The notes beneath the pieces are model-generated. The model did no database searches and was not told where the DNA came from. It was given only the letters and a program-made list of their open reading frames with translations. Positions 1 to 9,950 of a stretch of 54,244 nucleotides of DNA are shown in pieces. Each line of letters begins with the position of its first letter. Within the stretch, counting starts at the first letter, position 1. The DNA is from an uncultured Phycisphaeraceae bacterium. GTDB taxonomy: Bacteria > Planctomycetota > Phycisphaerae > Phycisphaerales > UBA1924. The translations under genes and the position numbers were made by a program. The stretch spans positions 1 through 54,244 of the forward strand of contig CAYGNN010000001.1 of NCBI GenBank assembly GCA_964351165.1. Reading direction: 5' to 3'.

Positions 1-551
1 GCAGGGGCCAGGCGGTGGTCGAGGAAGGCCTCAGGGCCGGCTGGGTCAACGCAGGCATGGACGATCTCGACAGGGCCGGCGACGCAGGTGTCGCCCTCGG
101 CCATGACCTGGGCAACACCGGGGTGGGCGCTGTCGGTCGTGCGGAAGACGTTGGGGATCTCGAGGTCCTTGTCGTGGGCGAAGACCTCTTCGACGGTCAT
201 GATCGCCTGCAGGACCTCCTGCCCTGTGGAGGGGGCGGTCGCGTAGAGGGCGACGCGCTCGCCGACCTTGGGGGCATCGGCGCTGTCCACGCTGAGCAGG
301 ATCGGGATGGGCCAGATGTCGCCGGAGGCGAGCTTCATGTCCTTGCAGACGGACTCGAAGTCGGCCTTGGCCATGAAGCCCTTGAGGGGGCTGAAGGCGC
401 CCATGCCGATCATCTCCAGGTCGCAGGACTGCTTGGCGGAGAGGTCGATCCGCTGCAGCGAGCTGGCCTCGCTCTTGAGGGCGTCGCGCTTGGAGTCATC
501 GGCGATGCAGTTGACGAGCTCGCCGCCGTGGGGGGTGATCAGTCCTGACAT
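1..551 (-). CDS. sat: sulfate adenylyltransferase (ATP sulfurylase), N-terminal part; the C-terminus lies beyond the window start
   Basis: Reverse-strand frame is open from the ATG at 551 to the window edge, so it is absent from the ORF track (no stop in the window). Translation MSGLITPHGGELVNCIADD...DLEMIGMGAFSPLKGFM...DIWPIPILLSV matches the N-terminal PUA-like domain of ATP sulfurylases. AAGGAAG RBS sits just upstream. Confidence 0.85.
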   Translation of the reverse strand, partial: MSGLITPHGGELVNCIADDSKRDALKSEASSLQRIDLSAKQSCDLEMIGMGAFSPLKGFMAKADFESVCKDMKLASGDIWPIPILLSVDSADAPKVGERVALYATAPSTGQEVLQAIMTVEEVFAHDKDLEIPNVFRTTDSAHPGVAQVMAEGDTCVAGPVEIVHACVDPAGPEAFLDHRLAP

Positions 552-840
552 GGTTCTCGCTTCCTTGGTAGGGCTTTGGTGGGGCCTGGTTTGGGCGAAG
601 TCCACCCGCGCCCGGGGCTGGTCATTGGGGGTCGTTCGGTCACGTTGGCCGGTGATTGGTTGAGCCCGGCCAGAATCAGGACGATAGGATCGAACCGACC
701 GCTCCCAGACGACGTTTGATGGTCGGCACTGTAGGACGCCTCTCCCTCTGGGGCAGGCGAAAATGACCATTTTTCACGCTGATCGGCGTGGCGCCAGGCC
801 GCCCCGGCGACCTGATTTTCAGCACCAATTGGAGACTTCG

Positions 841-1899
<1,059 letters not shown>

Positions 1900-1944
1900 C
1901 ACTTCCCGCCCGGCCTCGGGCGTTCAACGACGACGGAGTTTCGA

Positions 1945-2931
1945 GTGACGGACCTGACCAAGCAACGGATCGTGGTCACCGGTGGCGACGGCTTCCTCGG
2001 GCGCGTGCTGTGCCGGACCTTGCGTGATCGGGGCGTCCCCGATGACTCCATCTTCGTGCCTACGTACCCAGAGTACGACCTCACGGAAGTGGAGGCGTGC
2101 AAGGCGCTGTACCGCGACGCCTTCAATGGCGAGCCGGTCGATCTCGTGATCCACCTCGCCGCGGAGGTGGGGGGCATCGGCGCCAACCGCGAGAACCCAG
2201 GCCGCTACTTCTACGCCAACATGGCGATGGCCCTGCACCTCATCGAGCAGTTCCGCGCGATGGGGCTGGGCGAGACCGGCAAGTTCGTCCAGATCGGGAC
2301 CATCTGCGCCTACCCCAACCTCACGCCAGTCCCCTTCAAGGAGGACGATCTGTGGAATGGGTATCCGGAGGTCACCAACGCGCCGTACGGCATCGCCAAG
2401 AAGGCCGCGTGGCAGATGCTCGACGCGTACAAGCTCCAGTACGGCATGAACTCGTCGTACGTCCTCCCGGTGAACCTCTACGGCCCAGGCGACAACTTCA
2501 ATCCGAACTCGAGCCACGTCATCCCGGCGCTCATCCGCAAGTGCTGCGAGGCGATCGACGCCGGCGCTGACCACATCGAGTGCTGGGGCACCGGCAGCGC
2601 GAGCCGCGAGTTCCTCTACGTCGATGACGCGGCCGCCGGCATCGTCCGGGCCGCGGAAGTCATGGACGACCCGACCCCGATGAACCTGGGCGCGGGATTC
2701 GAGATCACGATCAAGGACCTCATCGAGCTGCTGGTCGAGCTGACCGGCTTCGAGGGTGAGATCCGCTGGGACCACACCAAACCAGATGGCCAGCCCCGAC
2801 GCTGCCTCGACACCAGCCGCGCGAAATCGCTGCTGGATTGGGAGGCGAAGATGGACTTCCGCGAAGGGTTGAAGCGTACCATTGAGTGGTGGCGCACCGT
2901 CGGGGCGCCGGCGCAGGAGGTCCGCTCGTGA
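1945..2931 (+). CDS. fcl: GDP-L-fucose synthase (GDP-4-keto-6-deoxymannose 3,5-epimerase/4-reductase)
   Basis: GTG start. Blocks [50 protein letters not shown] and [27 protein letters not shown] are typical of Fcl/WcaG. It sits directly downstream of gmd. Confidence 0.9.
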   Translation: MTDLTKQRIVVTGGDGFLGRVLCRTLRDRGVPDDSIFVPTYPEYDLTEVEACKALYRDAFNGEPVDLVIHLAAEVGGIGANRENPGRYFYANMAMALHLIEQFRAMGLGETGKFVQIGTICAYPNLTPVPFKEDDLWNGYPEVTNAPYGIAKKAAWQMLDAYKLQYGMNSSYVLPVNLYGPGDNFNPNSSHVIPALIRKCCEAIDAGADHIECWGTGSASREFLYVDDAAAGIVRAAEVMDDPTPMNLGAGFEITIKDLIELLVELTGFEGEIRWDHTKPDGQPRRCLDTSRAKSLLDWEAKMDFREGLKRTIEWWRTVGAPAQEVRS

Positions 2932-3989
2932 AGATCTGTGTGACAGGCGGCACCGGGTTCATCGGACGCTGGATGTGCGAGCGCCTCCTCAAGGACGGGC
3001 ACGAGGTCATCCTCTTCGATCTCTGGGAGCCGGACTGGGAGCTCGAGTCCGGCAGCACGTACTTCTACGGCGACATCCGCGACAAGAACGCGCTCATCGA
3101 GGCGTGCGAGGGCTGCGACGCGGTCTTCAACCTCGCCGCGGCGCACCACGACTTCGGCATCGACGAAGAAACGTTCTACGCCGTCAACGAGCACGGCTCG
3201 CAGATGGTGTGCGAAGCGGCGGACGAGTGCGGCATCACCGACATCGTCTTCTACTCCACCGTCGCGATCTTCGGCGACGCCCCGGAGCCCCACACCGAGG
3301 ACGCGCCCACCGCGCCCAACAACCCTTACGGCGCCAGCAAGCTCGCAGGCGAGAAGGTCTTCGAGCGCTGGGCGGCGCAGGGCGGTGATCGCAAGGTCGT
3401 CGTCATCCGGCCGACGATCACGTTCGGGCCGCGCAACTTCGCCAACATGTACTCGCTGATCCGCCAGATCGATGGCGGCAAGTACCTCAACGTCGGCAAC
3501 GGCAAAAACATCAAGAGCCTCTCGTACGTCGAGAACCTGGTGGACCTGACGGTCTTCATCTGGAACAAGCAGGGCCGCGAGAGCGTCAGCACGCTCAACT
3601 TCATCGACAAGCCGGACTTCACGGCGCACGAAACCGCCAACACGATCTTCCGCTCGCTGGGCAAGAACCCGCCGAAGATCAAGGCGCCCCTCTGGTTCGC
3701 GGTCCTCGCTGCAGGACTCCCCTTCGACATCCTCATCAAGCTGACCGGGAAGAACTTCCCGATCTCCTCGATGCGTCTGAAGAAGATGTGCACGCAGACC
3801 AAGTTCGAAGCGGAGCGCGTGCAGTCCAGCGGCTACCAGCCGGTCTGCTCGCTCGAGGAAGGCATCGACCGCATGGTCAAGTGGTACAAGGCCGAGGGCC
3901 AGTCGCAGGAAGCGGTCTGGCGCCGCCCGCCGAAAGAGACGCAGTTCCGCGCGTCGAGCAAGCCGCAGAAGGTCGGCGCTGCCTGCTGA
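2928..3989 (+). CDS. NAD-dependent epimerase/dehydratase (extended SDR), sugar-nucleotide modifying, specificity unknown
   Basis: The GTG at 2928 overlaps the fcl stop (GTGA), which suggests translational coupling. Rossmann motif [14 protein letters not shown] and catalytic YGASK (YxxxK) are present. The 42 nt upstream in the 2886 ORF overlap fcl and are unlikely to be coding. Confidence 0.8.
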   Translation: MKICVTGGTGFIGRWMCERLLKDGHEVILFDLWEPDWELESGSTYFYGDIRDKNALIEACEGCDAVFNLAAAHHDFGIDEETFYAVNEHGSQMVCEAADECGITDIVFYSTVAIFGDAPEPHTEDAPTAPNNPYGASKLAGEKVFERWAAQGGDRKVVVIRPTITFGPRNFANMYSLIRQIDGGKYLNVGNGKNIKSLSYVENLVDLTVFIWNKQGRESVSTLNFIDKPDFTAHETANTIFRSLGKNPPKIKAPLWFAVLAAGLPFDILIKLTGKNFPISSMRLKKMCTQTKFEAERVQSSGYQPVCSLEEGIDRMVKWYKAEGQSQEAVWRRPPKETQFRASSKPQKVGAAC

Positions 3990-4039
3990 TCCCCGTATCA
4001 ACAAATGTGATCTGATCGGTTGTCAGGCCTGGTCTGGGT

Positions 4040-5290
4040 TCAGACCTGGTCCTGCTCGACCTTCGCCTTGGCCGCGGCCCGGTTGAGCACCTTGGCGTAG
4101 CTGTGCGCGGAGATCGCCCTGGTGAAGCGCTCCTCGAAGAGGACCCGGGCGTTGGCGCCCTGCTCGGCGCACTTCTCGGGGTTCGCCATCATCTCGCGGA
4201 TGCCGTTGGCCATGCCCTCGCCATCGCCGATCTCGAACCAGCGGCCGATGTCGCGCTCCTCGACGATGTCGCGGAGTTCGGACTTGCTCTCGGAGATCGC
4301 GATCACAGGGCAACCCATCGCAACAGACGAGTACAGCTTGGAGGGGTAGCTCATGCCCTCGACGCCCTGCGCGATCGTCACGAGCGACGCGTTGCACGCC
4401 GCGAGCGAGTCGCGGAGCAGGTCGAAGGGCTGGTAGGGGTGCAGCGAGGTGTTGGTCAGGCCGCGTTGCTTGACCTGATCGAGCAGCCACTGGCGGTTGC
4501 CGCCGGAGCCGACCCAGACGAGGCGGAAGGGCTCATCCAGCAGCAGCTCCGCCGCCTTGAGGATCGTCTCGTACTCGTAGCACAGCCCCAGGTTCCCGGA
4601 GTACATCAGGGTGAAGGGCTCGACGAGGTTCTGCGCGTTGGCGAACTGGCTCTCCGACTTGGGCATCGGTTTCAGCAGCGAGCCGTCCGCCCAGTTGGGG
4701 ATCACGTGGACCTTCTCAGGGTCGATCCCGTACTCGGTGCAGACGAGTTCCTTCGCCGCCTGGCAGAGGACGATCGTTTCTTTCGAGCGCCGGTACGCGA
4801 ATCGGTTCGCCTTGTGCCAGATCTTCTCGATCATCCCGCCGGACTTGATCGCGCCGACCCACACCGCCAGCTGGGGGTACGCGTCGTGCAGCAGCACGAC
4901 GTAGTTGTGCCTGCGGAAGAGCGAGACGAACGCCCCGATCACGCCCAGGAAGGGCGGGTTCGTGGTGTAGAGGTACACCTTCTTGGGGCTGGACGTGAAG
5001 AGCATGCGCAGCGCCAGCTGCGTGATGAACGTCAGGTAGTTGATGCTGCGGCCGACGTAGCTGTCCTTGCGGAAGCGCGTCGTCCACATCCGGCGGACCT
5101 TCACCCCATTGAGGCGCTCCTTCAGCGGGCAGTCCACCCAGGAGTCCTTGGGGCCATACGAAGGGCGGCACGTCGTCGCGCTGACGTCGTAGCCCAGCTT
5201 GACCAGCTCCGTCGCGAGCTCGTGCAGCAGGTACCCGGTCGAGGCGACGTCCGGGACGTAGTACTGGTTCAGGATGACGATGGGCGCCAT
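4040..5290 (-). CDS. glycosyltransferase family 4 (WcaI-like)
   Basis: MAPIVILNQYYVPDVASTGYLLHELATELVKLGYDV is a WcaI-type N-terminus. A GT-B C-terminal block (YSGNLG...PSKLYSSVAMGCPVIA) is also present. The ATG at 5290 is preferred, but a TTG at 5404 would add 38 low-complexity residues, so the start is uncertain. Confidence 0.8.
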   Translation of the reverse strand: MAPIVILNQYYVPDVASTGYLLHELATELVKLGYDVSATTCRPSYGPKDSWVDCPLKERLNGVKVRRMWTTRFRKDSYVGRSINYLTFITQLALRMLFTSSPKKVYLYTTNPPFLGVIGAFVSLFRRHNYVVLLHDAYPQLAVWVGAIKSGGMIEKIWHKANRFAYRRSKETIVLCQAAKELVCTEYGIDPEKVHVIPNWADGSLLKPMPKSESQFANAQNLVEPFTLMYSGNLGLCYEYETILKAAELLLDEPFRLVWVGSGGNRQWLLDQVKQRGLTNTSLHPYQPFDLLRDSLAACNASLVTIAQGVEGMSYPSKLYSSVAMGCPVIAISESKSELRDIVEERDIGRWFEIGDGEGMANGIREMMANPEKCAEQGANARVLFEERFTRAISAHSYAKVLNRAAAKAKVEQDQV

Positions 5291-5439
5291 CGGCTGCGGC
5301 TTGCTGCCCTCGCCCTCTTTGACTTCCTGCACCGTCTCGGCGTGCGCAATCGGCTGCGCCGCGACAACATTCGGGTCACTGGTTGTCGTCGGGTTCGCGC
5401 TCAATTCCGATATTGATCCGTTTCAAGGTGCAAGGGACG

Positions 5440-6348
5440 CTACCACGTATCGTCATTTTCGTAGCCTGTTTCGATCAGAAATCCGCCGATCGAGGCTTTG
5501 TATACCGCTTTCGTCGTGTCGTCGAACTGGTTCTTCCAGTCGCCGGCCTTCCCCTTCCGGGCGAAACTCTTCGAATCCCCCTCGCCCGGTTTCCGGCCTC
5601 CGGTCATCCGCTGGAAGCTGTTCCGGTCCACGATCTCGCGGATCCGCTCCTCGCTCGTGTCGAGTCCGAATAACGTCGCGACCTGACGCATCGTATCCAC
5701 AGGCGCCTCCAGGATCTGCTCGTACCGCAGCTCCAGGGTCGTCTCAGGGTCCCGGTTCTGCCGCCACGATCGGATCCAATCGACGTACGCCCCCAGGCTC
5801 CGCTCGGCGAAGACCCGCAGGCCCTCGTTCAGATCCACGTCCTTGTAATGCTTGTATTCAGGGTGCCACTTCGTCCGGCGGACGTAGAAGTAGTTGCTCA
5901 CCGCGATATCGCGCAGGTCCCGGTACAGCACCACGCACCGGACGCCCGCCTCGCGGAGCACCTTGACGTTCTGGGGCGAGCCGTGCGAGTGCAGCTTCAT
6001 CACCGCCAGCCGCCGATCGAACCGATCGAAGACCCCATCCGGGAGGTCGAAGTCGTGGCTCCCGCCGGTGCGGAGCTCGTGGACCTCCGCCTCCGGGATC
6101 CGGACCTGATTCTCGAACCCAGGGTAGCTGGCGATCATCCGCTCCAGCCAGGTCGTCCCGCTCTTGGGGAGCCCCGCGACGAAGAGGATGTTCTGTTCGT
6201 ACGCGCTCCCATGCTCGAGCCAGGCCTGCCGGCAGGCGCGCATCTGCAGCCAGTAGCTCGGCCGGATGGCGAGCCTCTTCATCGCGATCGCGGCTGGCGC
6301 CGGAAACCGCGTTTTGATCGTCCTTTTGATCGAGGCTGTGAGGGGCAT
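5440..6348 (-). CDS. PAPS-dependent sulfotransferase (Sulfotransfer_1-like)
   Basis: 5'-PSB loop GLPKSGTTW (Lys codon about 6163-6165). 3'-PB-like block VVLYRDLRDIAVSNYFY. C-terminal FARKGKAGDWKNQF resembles the RKGxxGDW motif of cytosolic and carbohydrate sulfotransferases. No signal peptide or TM segment is evident. Confidence 0.85.
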   Translation of the reverse strand: MPLTASIKRTIKTRFPAPAAIAMKRLAIRPSYWLQMRACRQAWLEHGSAYEQNILFVAGLPKSGTTWLERMIASYPGFENQVRIPEAEVHELRTGGSHDFDLPDGVFDRFDRRLAVMKLHSHGSPQNVKVLREAGVRCVVLYRDLRDIAVSNYFYVRRTKWHPEYKHYKDVDLNEGLRVFAERSLGAYVDWIRSWRQNRDPETTLELRYEQILEAPVDTMRQVATLFGLDTSEERIREIVDRNSFQRMTGGRKPGEGDSKSFARKGKAGDWKNQFDDTTKAVYKASIGGFLIETGYENDDTW

Positions 6349-6496
6349 GGGATGGCACTATCGGCGAAGCGGTGCAGCGAACCAAGCAGGATACCCCCCG
6401 GAACGCGAACGGTAGAGCCCCGCGTCCCGTATGCCGATGAGATGAAGGCATCCGCCCCTCGCCCGCGTCCACGCCCGATAAACTGGACCCCTCCCT

Positions 6497-7201
6497 GTGA
6501 CCGCCGCCACCACCGAAACCAGACCGGGTCCCCCAGCGGACGACACCGCGGCCGCCGCCCTGGCGCGCTCGGCTTCCGATCCGTCGGTCCACCCGGAGGG
6601 CTCGGTCGTCGGGTTCTTCACGACGAAGCAGAAAATCGGCCGCCTGCTCTGGGGATTCGTCCAGGCCACGCTCTTCCGCTGGTCGCCCAGGAGGGCGAAC
6701 AACTGGCGGGCGATGCTCCTGCGCTGCTTCGGCGCCAAGGTCGGCCGGCCAAGGGTCCTGCGCAACACCGCCCGGTTCGAGGTCCCCTGGAACGTCGTCA
6801 TCGGCGAGGGCGCCAGGATCGGTGATGGCGCGTACTTCTATTCGCTCGGCACGATCACCGTCGGCGACCACGCTGTCATCAGCCAGTTCGCGCACCTGTG
6901 CGCCGGGACGCACGAGCACGAGTCCACCGCGTTCACGCTGGTCCGCGTCCCGCTCTCGATCGGCGACTACGCCTGGATCGGGACGGACGTGTACGTCGCG
7001 CCAGGAGTCACGATCGGCGATGGGGTCATCGTCGGCGCGCGCTCGAACGTCGTGAAGGACCTCCCCGCCTGGCGCATCTGCGTTGGGAGCCCCGCCAAAG
7101 CGATCCGTCCCAGGATCCTCCGCGACCACACCACCGGCAAACGCCTCGACACCAACACCGACGAGGTCCCTGAGCCGCCGCAGCAGGGCGAGACCGCATG
7201 A
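6497..7201 (+). CDS. hexapeptide-repeat acetyltransferase (WcaF-like)
   Basis: GTG start. KIGRLLWGFVQATLFRWSPRRANNWRAMLLRCFGAKVG followed by left-handed beta-helix repeats (IGDGAYF, IGDYAWIGTDVYVAPGVTIGDGVIVGARS) resembles colanic-acid WcaF-type O-acetyltransferases. Confidence 0.8.
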   Translation: MTAATTETRPGPPADDTAAAALARSASDPSVHPEGSVVGFFTTKQKIGRLLWGFVQATLFRWSPRRANNWRAMLLRCFGAKVGRPRVLRNTARFEVPWNVVIGEGARIGDGAYFYSLGTITVGDHAVISQFAHLCAGTHEHESTAFTLVRVPLSIGDYAWIGTDVYVAPGVTIGDGVIVGARSNVVKDLPAWRICVGSPAKAIRPRILRDHTTGKRLDTNTDEVPEPPQQGETA

Positions 7202-7761
7202 CCGGCGAAGCGCTCGACATCTCCAACAAGCCCTCGCCGCACGGCTTGAAGAACAAGCTCGGCCGCCTCACCTGGGGCATCGTGCAGGGGACGCTCTTCC
7301 GCTTCTCGCCCAGGCCCTGCAAGAAGTGGCGCGTCTTCCTGCTGCGCTGCTTCGGCGCCAAGGTCTCGTGGAAGGCGCGCATCATGCCCAGCGCCACCAT
7401 CTGGGCGCCGTGGAACCTGGAGATGGACGATTACGCCACGCTCGGTGACGGCGTCATCTGCTACTGCGTCGATCGCACGCGCATCGGCCGCCAGTCCACG
7501 ATCAGCCAGTACTCCTACCTCTGCGGCGCTACGCATGGTTTCGAGGACCCCAACTTCCCGCTCACGCCGATGCCCATCACGATCGGCGCTGATTGCTGGG
7601 TCGCCGCGGATGTCTTCGTAGCGCCAGGCGTGACGATCGGCGATGGGACCGTCGTCGGTGCGCGCTCGTCGGTCTTCGGCGACCTGCCCCCTGGCAAGGT
7701 CTGCATCGGCTCGCCCGCCAAGCCGGTGCGCGACCGCGTCATCGCAGGAGCGACGGACTGA
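7198..7761 (+). CDS. hexapeptide-repeat acetyltransferase (WcaF-like), tandem paralogue
   Basis: ATGA overlap with the preceding gene. Same architecture (KLGRLTWGIVQGTLFRFSP...LLRCFGAKV...ITIGADCWVAADVFVAPGVTIGDGTVVGARS). By eye it is about half identical to the upstream copy. Confidence 0.85.
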   Translation: MTGEALDISNKPSPHGLKNKLGRLTWGIVQGTLFRFSPRPCKKWRVFLLRCFGAKVSWKARIMPSATIWAPWNLEMDDYATLGDGVICYCVDRTRIGRQSTISQYSYLCGATHGFEDPNFPLTPMPITIGADCWVAADVFVAPGVTIGDGTVVGARSSVFGDLPPGKVCIGSPAKPVRDRVIAGATD

Positions 7762-9086
7762 TGCGCTCCAGGCGATGCCCTGTCGAGTGCGTGACGCCGG
7801 CTGAAGGCCAGTGGTTCGTCGGGTACTACGACAAACGCCCCTGGAGCGCCGACGGGAATCGCCTGCTCGTCCACCGCGCGCAGATCCTCGACCGCGTCCC
7901 GACGGAGAGCGACCTCGTCGAGATCGGGGTGATCGACCTCAGCGATCCGGGATACCCATTCTCCCCGATCGCGCAGTCGACACTCTGGAACTGGCAGCAG
8001 GGGGCGATGCTCCACTGGCTCCCCGGCGATGCGAACACCGTCATCTACAACTGCCGCATGGGCGATCCAGGGACTGACGACCTGAACGTCTGGCAGCTCG
8101 GCGGAGGCGTCGTGCACGACCTGACCACCGGCGAGCGGCGCACGCTCGAGCGCCCCATCTACACGCTCAGCCCCACCGGCGACACCGCGCTCTCGCTCAG
8201 CTTCGCCCGCCTGCACGAGACCCGGCCGGATTATGGGCACGCAGGCGTCGAAGACCCGACCGTCGAGGACGCCGCCCCCGACGACGACGGCGTCTACCGC
8301 ATCGATATCGCAACAGGCGAGGCGACGCTGATCCTCTCGATCGAGGACGTCGCGCACTTCGATCCTCCGGAGTTCTCGAAAGACCGCAAGCACTGGGTCA
8401 ACCACCTGATGTACAACCCGTCCGGTGATCGCTTCTGCTTCCTGCACCGCTTCTGGCGCGAGGACGGCAACATCCACACGCGCCTCTTCACGGCGAATGT
8501 CGCCGATGGCTCAGACCTCCGCCTCGTCTTCGAGGGGATGATCTCGCACTTCGATTGGATCGATGACCACACGCTCGTCGCCTGGGCCGGGCAGCGGAAG
8601 CTGCTCGCGCCGGACGCGTCTGGGAAGAAGGGCCTCCGCCACCACGTGCTGCGGAGCCTCAAGCCGATCTATTACGCGATGGGCAAGCCCCGCTGGCTGA
8701 TGAGCAAGGTTGTCGGCGATTCGTACATGATCCTCCGCGACGACGATCAGCCCAACGAGCAGTTCGCCAGGGGTGTGCTGACAACCGATGGGCACTGCAC
8801 GCTCTCGCGCGATGGCCGGTGGATGCTCACCGATGGCTACACCGACCGGATGAACAGGCTGCCGCTGTATGTTCTGGAGATGGAGACCGGCGCCGCGACG
8901 CGCGTAGGGCGGTTCCCGACACCCAGGCGCCTCGATGGCCCGACGAGGTGCGACCTGCACCCCAGGTTCAGCGACGACGCGAGGACGGTGTGCATCGATT
9001 CCGCGATGGGGGGGCAGCGGAACGTCTATCTGGTCGATGTGTCGCAGGTGACCAGCCAGGCTGCGAACGAAGGGAGCGGGGCGTAA
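7761..9086 (+). CDS. hypothetical protein, TolB / oligogalacturonate-lyase-like beta-propeller (tentative)
   Basis: The ATG at 7761 overlaps the upstream stop (TGATG). Repeated propeller-like blocks appear (WSADGNRLLV, LSPTGDTALS, YNPSGDRFCFL, LSRDGRWMLTDG, LHPRFSDDARTVCIDS...NVYLVDV). No signal peptide. The first 56 codons of the 7593 ORF overlap the acetyltransferase gene and are rejected. Confidence 0.55.
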   Translation: MRSRRCPVECVTPAEGQWFVGYYDKRPWSADGNRLLVHRAQILDRVPTESDLVEIGVIDLSDPGYPFSPIAQSTLWNWQQGAMLHWLPGDANTVIYNCRMGDPGTDDLNVWQLGGGVVHDLTTGERRTLERPIYTLSPTGDTALSLSFARLHETRPDYGHAGVEDPTVEDAAPDDDGVYRIDIATGEATLILSIEDVAHFDPPEFSKDRKHWVNHLMYNPSGDRFCFLHRFWREDGNIHTRLFTANVADGSDLRLVFEGMISHFDWIDDHTLVAWAGQRKLLAPDASGKKGLRHHVLRSLKPIYYAMGKPRWLMSKVVGDSYMILRDDDQPNEQFARGVLTTDGHCTLSRDGRWMLTDGYTDRMNRLPLYVLEMETGAATRVGRFPTPRRLDGPTRCDLHPRFSDDARTVCIDSAMGGQRNVYLVDVSQVTSQAANEGSGA

Positions 9087-9090
9087 CACG

Positions 9091-9921
9091 ATGCCGGTGT
9101 CGATCTTCATCCAGACGCTCAACGAGGAGGACAACCTCCCCTCGTGCCTCGACAGCGTGTCGTGGTGCGACGACATCGTCGTGCTCGATTCGCTCAGCAC
9201 CGACACCACCAAGCAGATCTGCGAGGACCGGGGCTGCCGATTCTTCGAGCGCGCCTACGACGGCCGTGGCCCCCACCAGAACTGGGCGATGGAGAACATC
9301 GACTTCAAGCACAAATGGGTCTTCTACCTCGACGCCGACGAGCACATGACCCCCGAGCTCCGCGCCGAGATCGAGGCGATCGCCGATGACGAGAACGAAC
9401 GCCGCGTCGCGTTCTACTGCGGCCGCCGCAACATCTTCATGGGCAAGTGGCTCAAGCGCGCGATGCCCCCAGGGCAGATCATGCGGTTCTTCCAGCCCAG
9501 GCACATCCGCTTCGCCCGCCTCGCCAACCCGACCCCGACCATCGATGGCGAGCACGGCTACCTCAAGCAGCACTTCATCCACTACAACTTCAGCAAAGGC
9601 CTGACGGAGTGGTTCCAGCGCCACAACAGGTACTCCAGTTACGAGGCGACGGAGACCGTCAAGGCGCTCCGCGAGAACCCGGTCAACTTGGGTGACCTCT
9701 TCGCGCGCGACCGCATCAAGCGCAGGTACGCCCTCAAGAACCTGAGCTTCCGCATGCCCGGAAGGCCCTTCTTGAAGTTCATCTACATGTACTTCCTGAA
9801 GCTGGGCCTGCTCGATGGCCGCGCAGGGCTGACGTACTGCACGCTCCAGGCGATCTACGAGTACCAGATCGTGCTGAAGGTCCGCGAGATCAAGCGCCAC
9901 GAACGCGGCGAGACGACCTGA
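9091..9921 (+). CDS. glycosyltransferase family 2
   Basis: VSIFIQTLNEEDNLPSCLDSVSWCDDIVVLDSLSTDTT...FYLDADEH shows a GT-A fold with a DxD-like DAD motif. It starts 4 nt after the preceding stop. Confidence 0.85.
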   Translation: MPVSIFIQTLNEEDNLPSCLDSVSWCDDIVVLDSLSTDTTKQICEDRGCRFFERAYDGRGPHQNWAMENIDFKHKWVFYLDADEHMTPELRAEIEAIADDENERRVAFYCGRRNIFMGKWLKRAMPPGQIMRFFQPRHIRFARLANPTPTIDGEHGYLKQHFIHYNFSKGLTEWFQRHNRYSSYEATETVKALRENPVNLGDLFARDRIKRRYALKNLSFRMPGRPFLKFIYMYFLKLGLLDGRAGLTYCTLQAIYEYQIVLKVREIKRHERGETT

Positions 9922-9950
9922 CCAGACAACGTCTCAGGATCATTGCTGAA

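Noticed and set aside
676-760. tRNA-like T-loop motif (GGATCGAACC, reverse complement GGTTCGATCC) in the sat/gmd spacer. It was considered as a minus-strand tRNA or a tRNA-fragment att site.
   Set aside because: I could not fold a cloverleaf. The T-stem pairs poorly, there is no complementary acceptor stem and no plausible anticodon or D arms. There is no integrase or direct-repeat partner in the window.
1907-1922. Small GC hairpin (CGCCCG-GCCT-CGGGCG) between gmd and fcl, considered as a terminator.
   Set aside because: No U-tract follows it, and fcl starts 23 nt downstream in what is clearly one operon. At most it is an mRNA-stability element.
2616-4004. Long antisense or alternative-frame ORFs throughout the track. 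Examples: 2616-4004 (-), 5858-7129 (-), 10179-11591 (+), 17568-19349 (-), 27937-30570 (+), 38584-40884 (-), 42282-43634 (-), 48011-49729 (+), 51967-53436 (+).
   Set aside because: Their translations are Arg/Ala/Gly/Pro/Asp-rich with no recognisable motifs. Each lies opposite or out of frame to an ORF with clear family signatures and G/C-rich third positions. This is the typical stop-codon-poor shadow ORF pattern of high-GC DNA.
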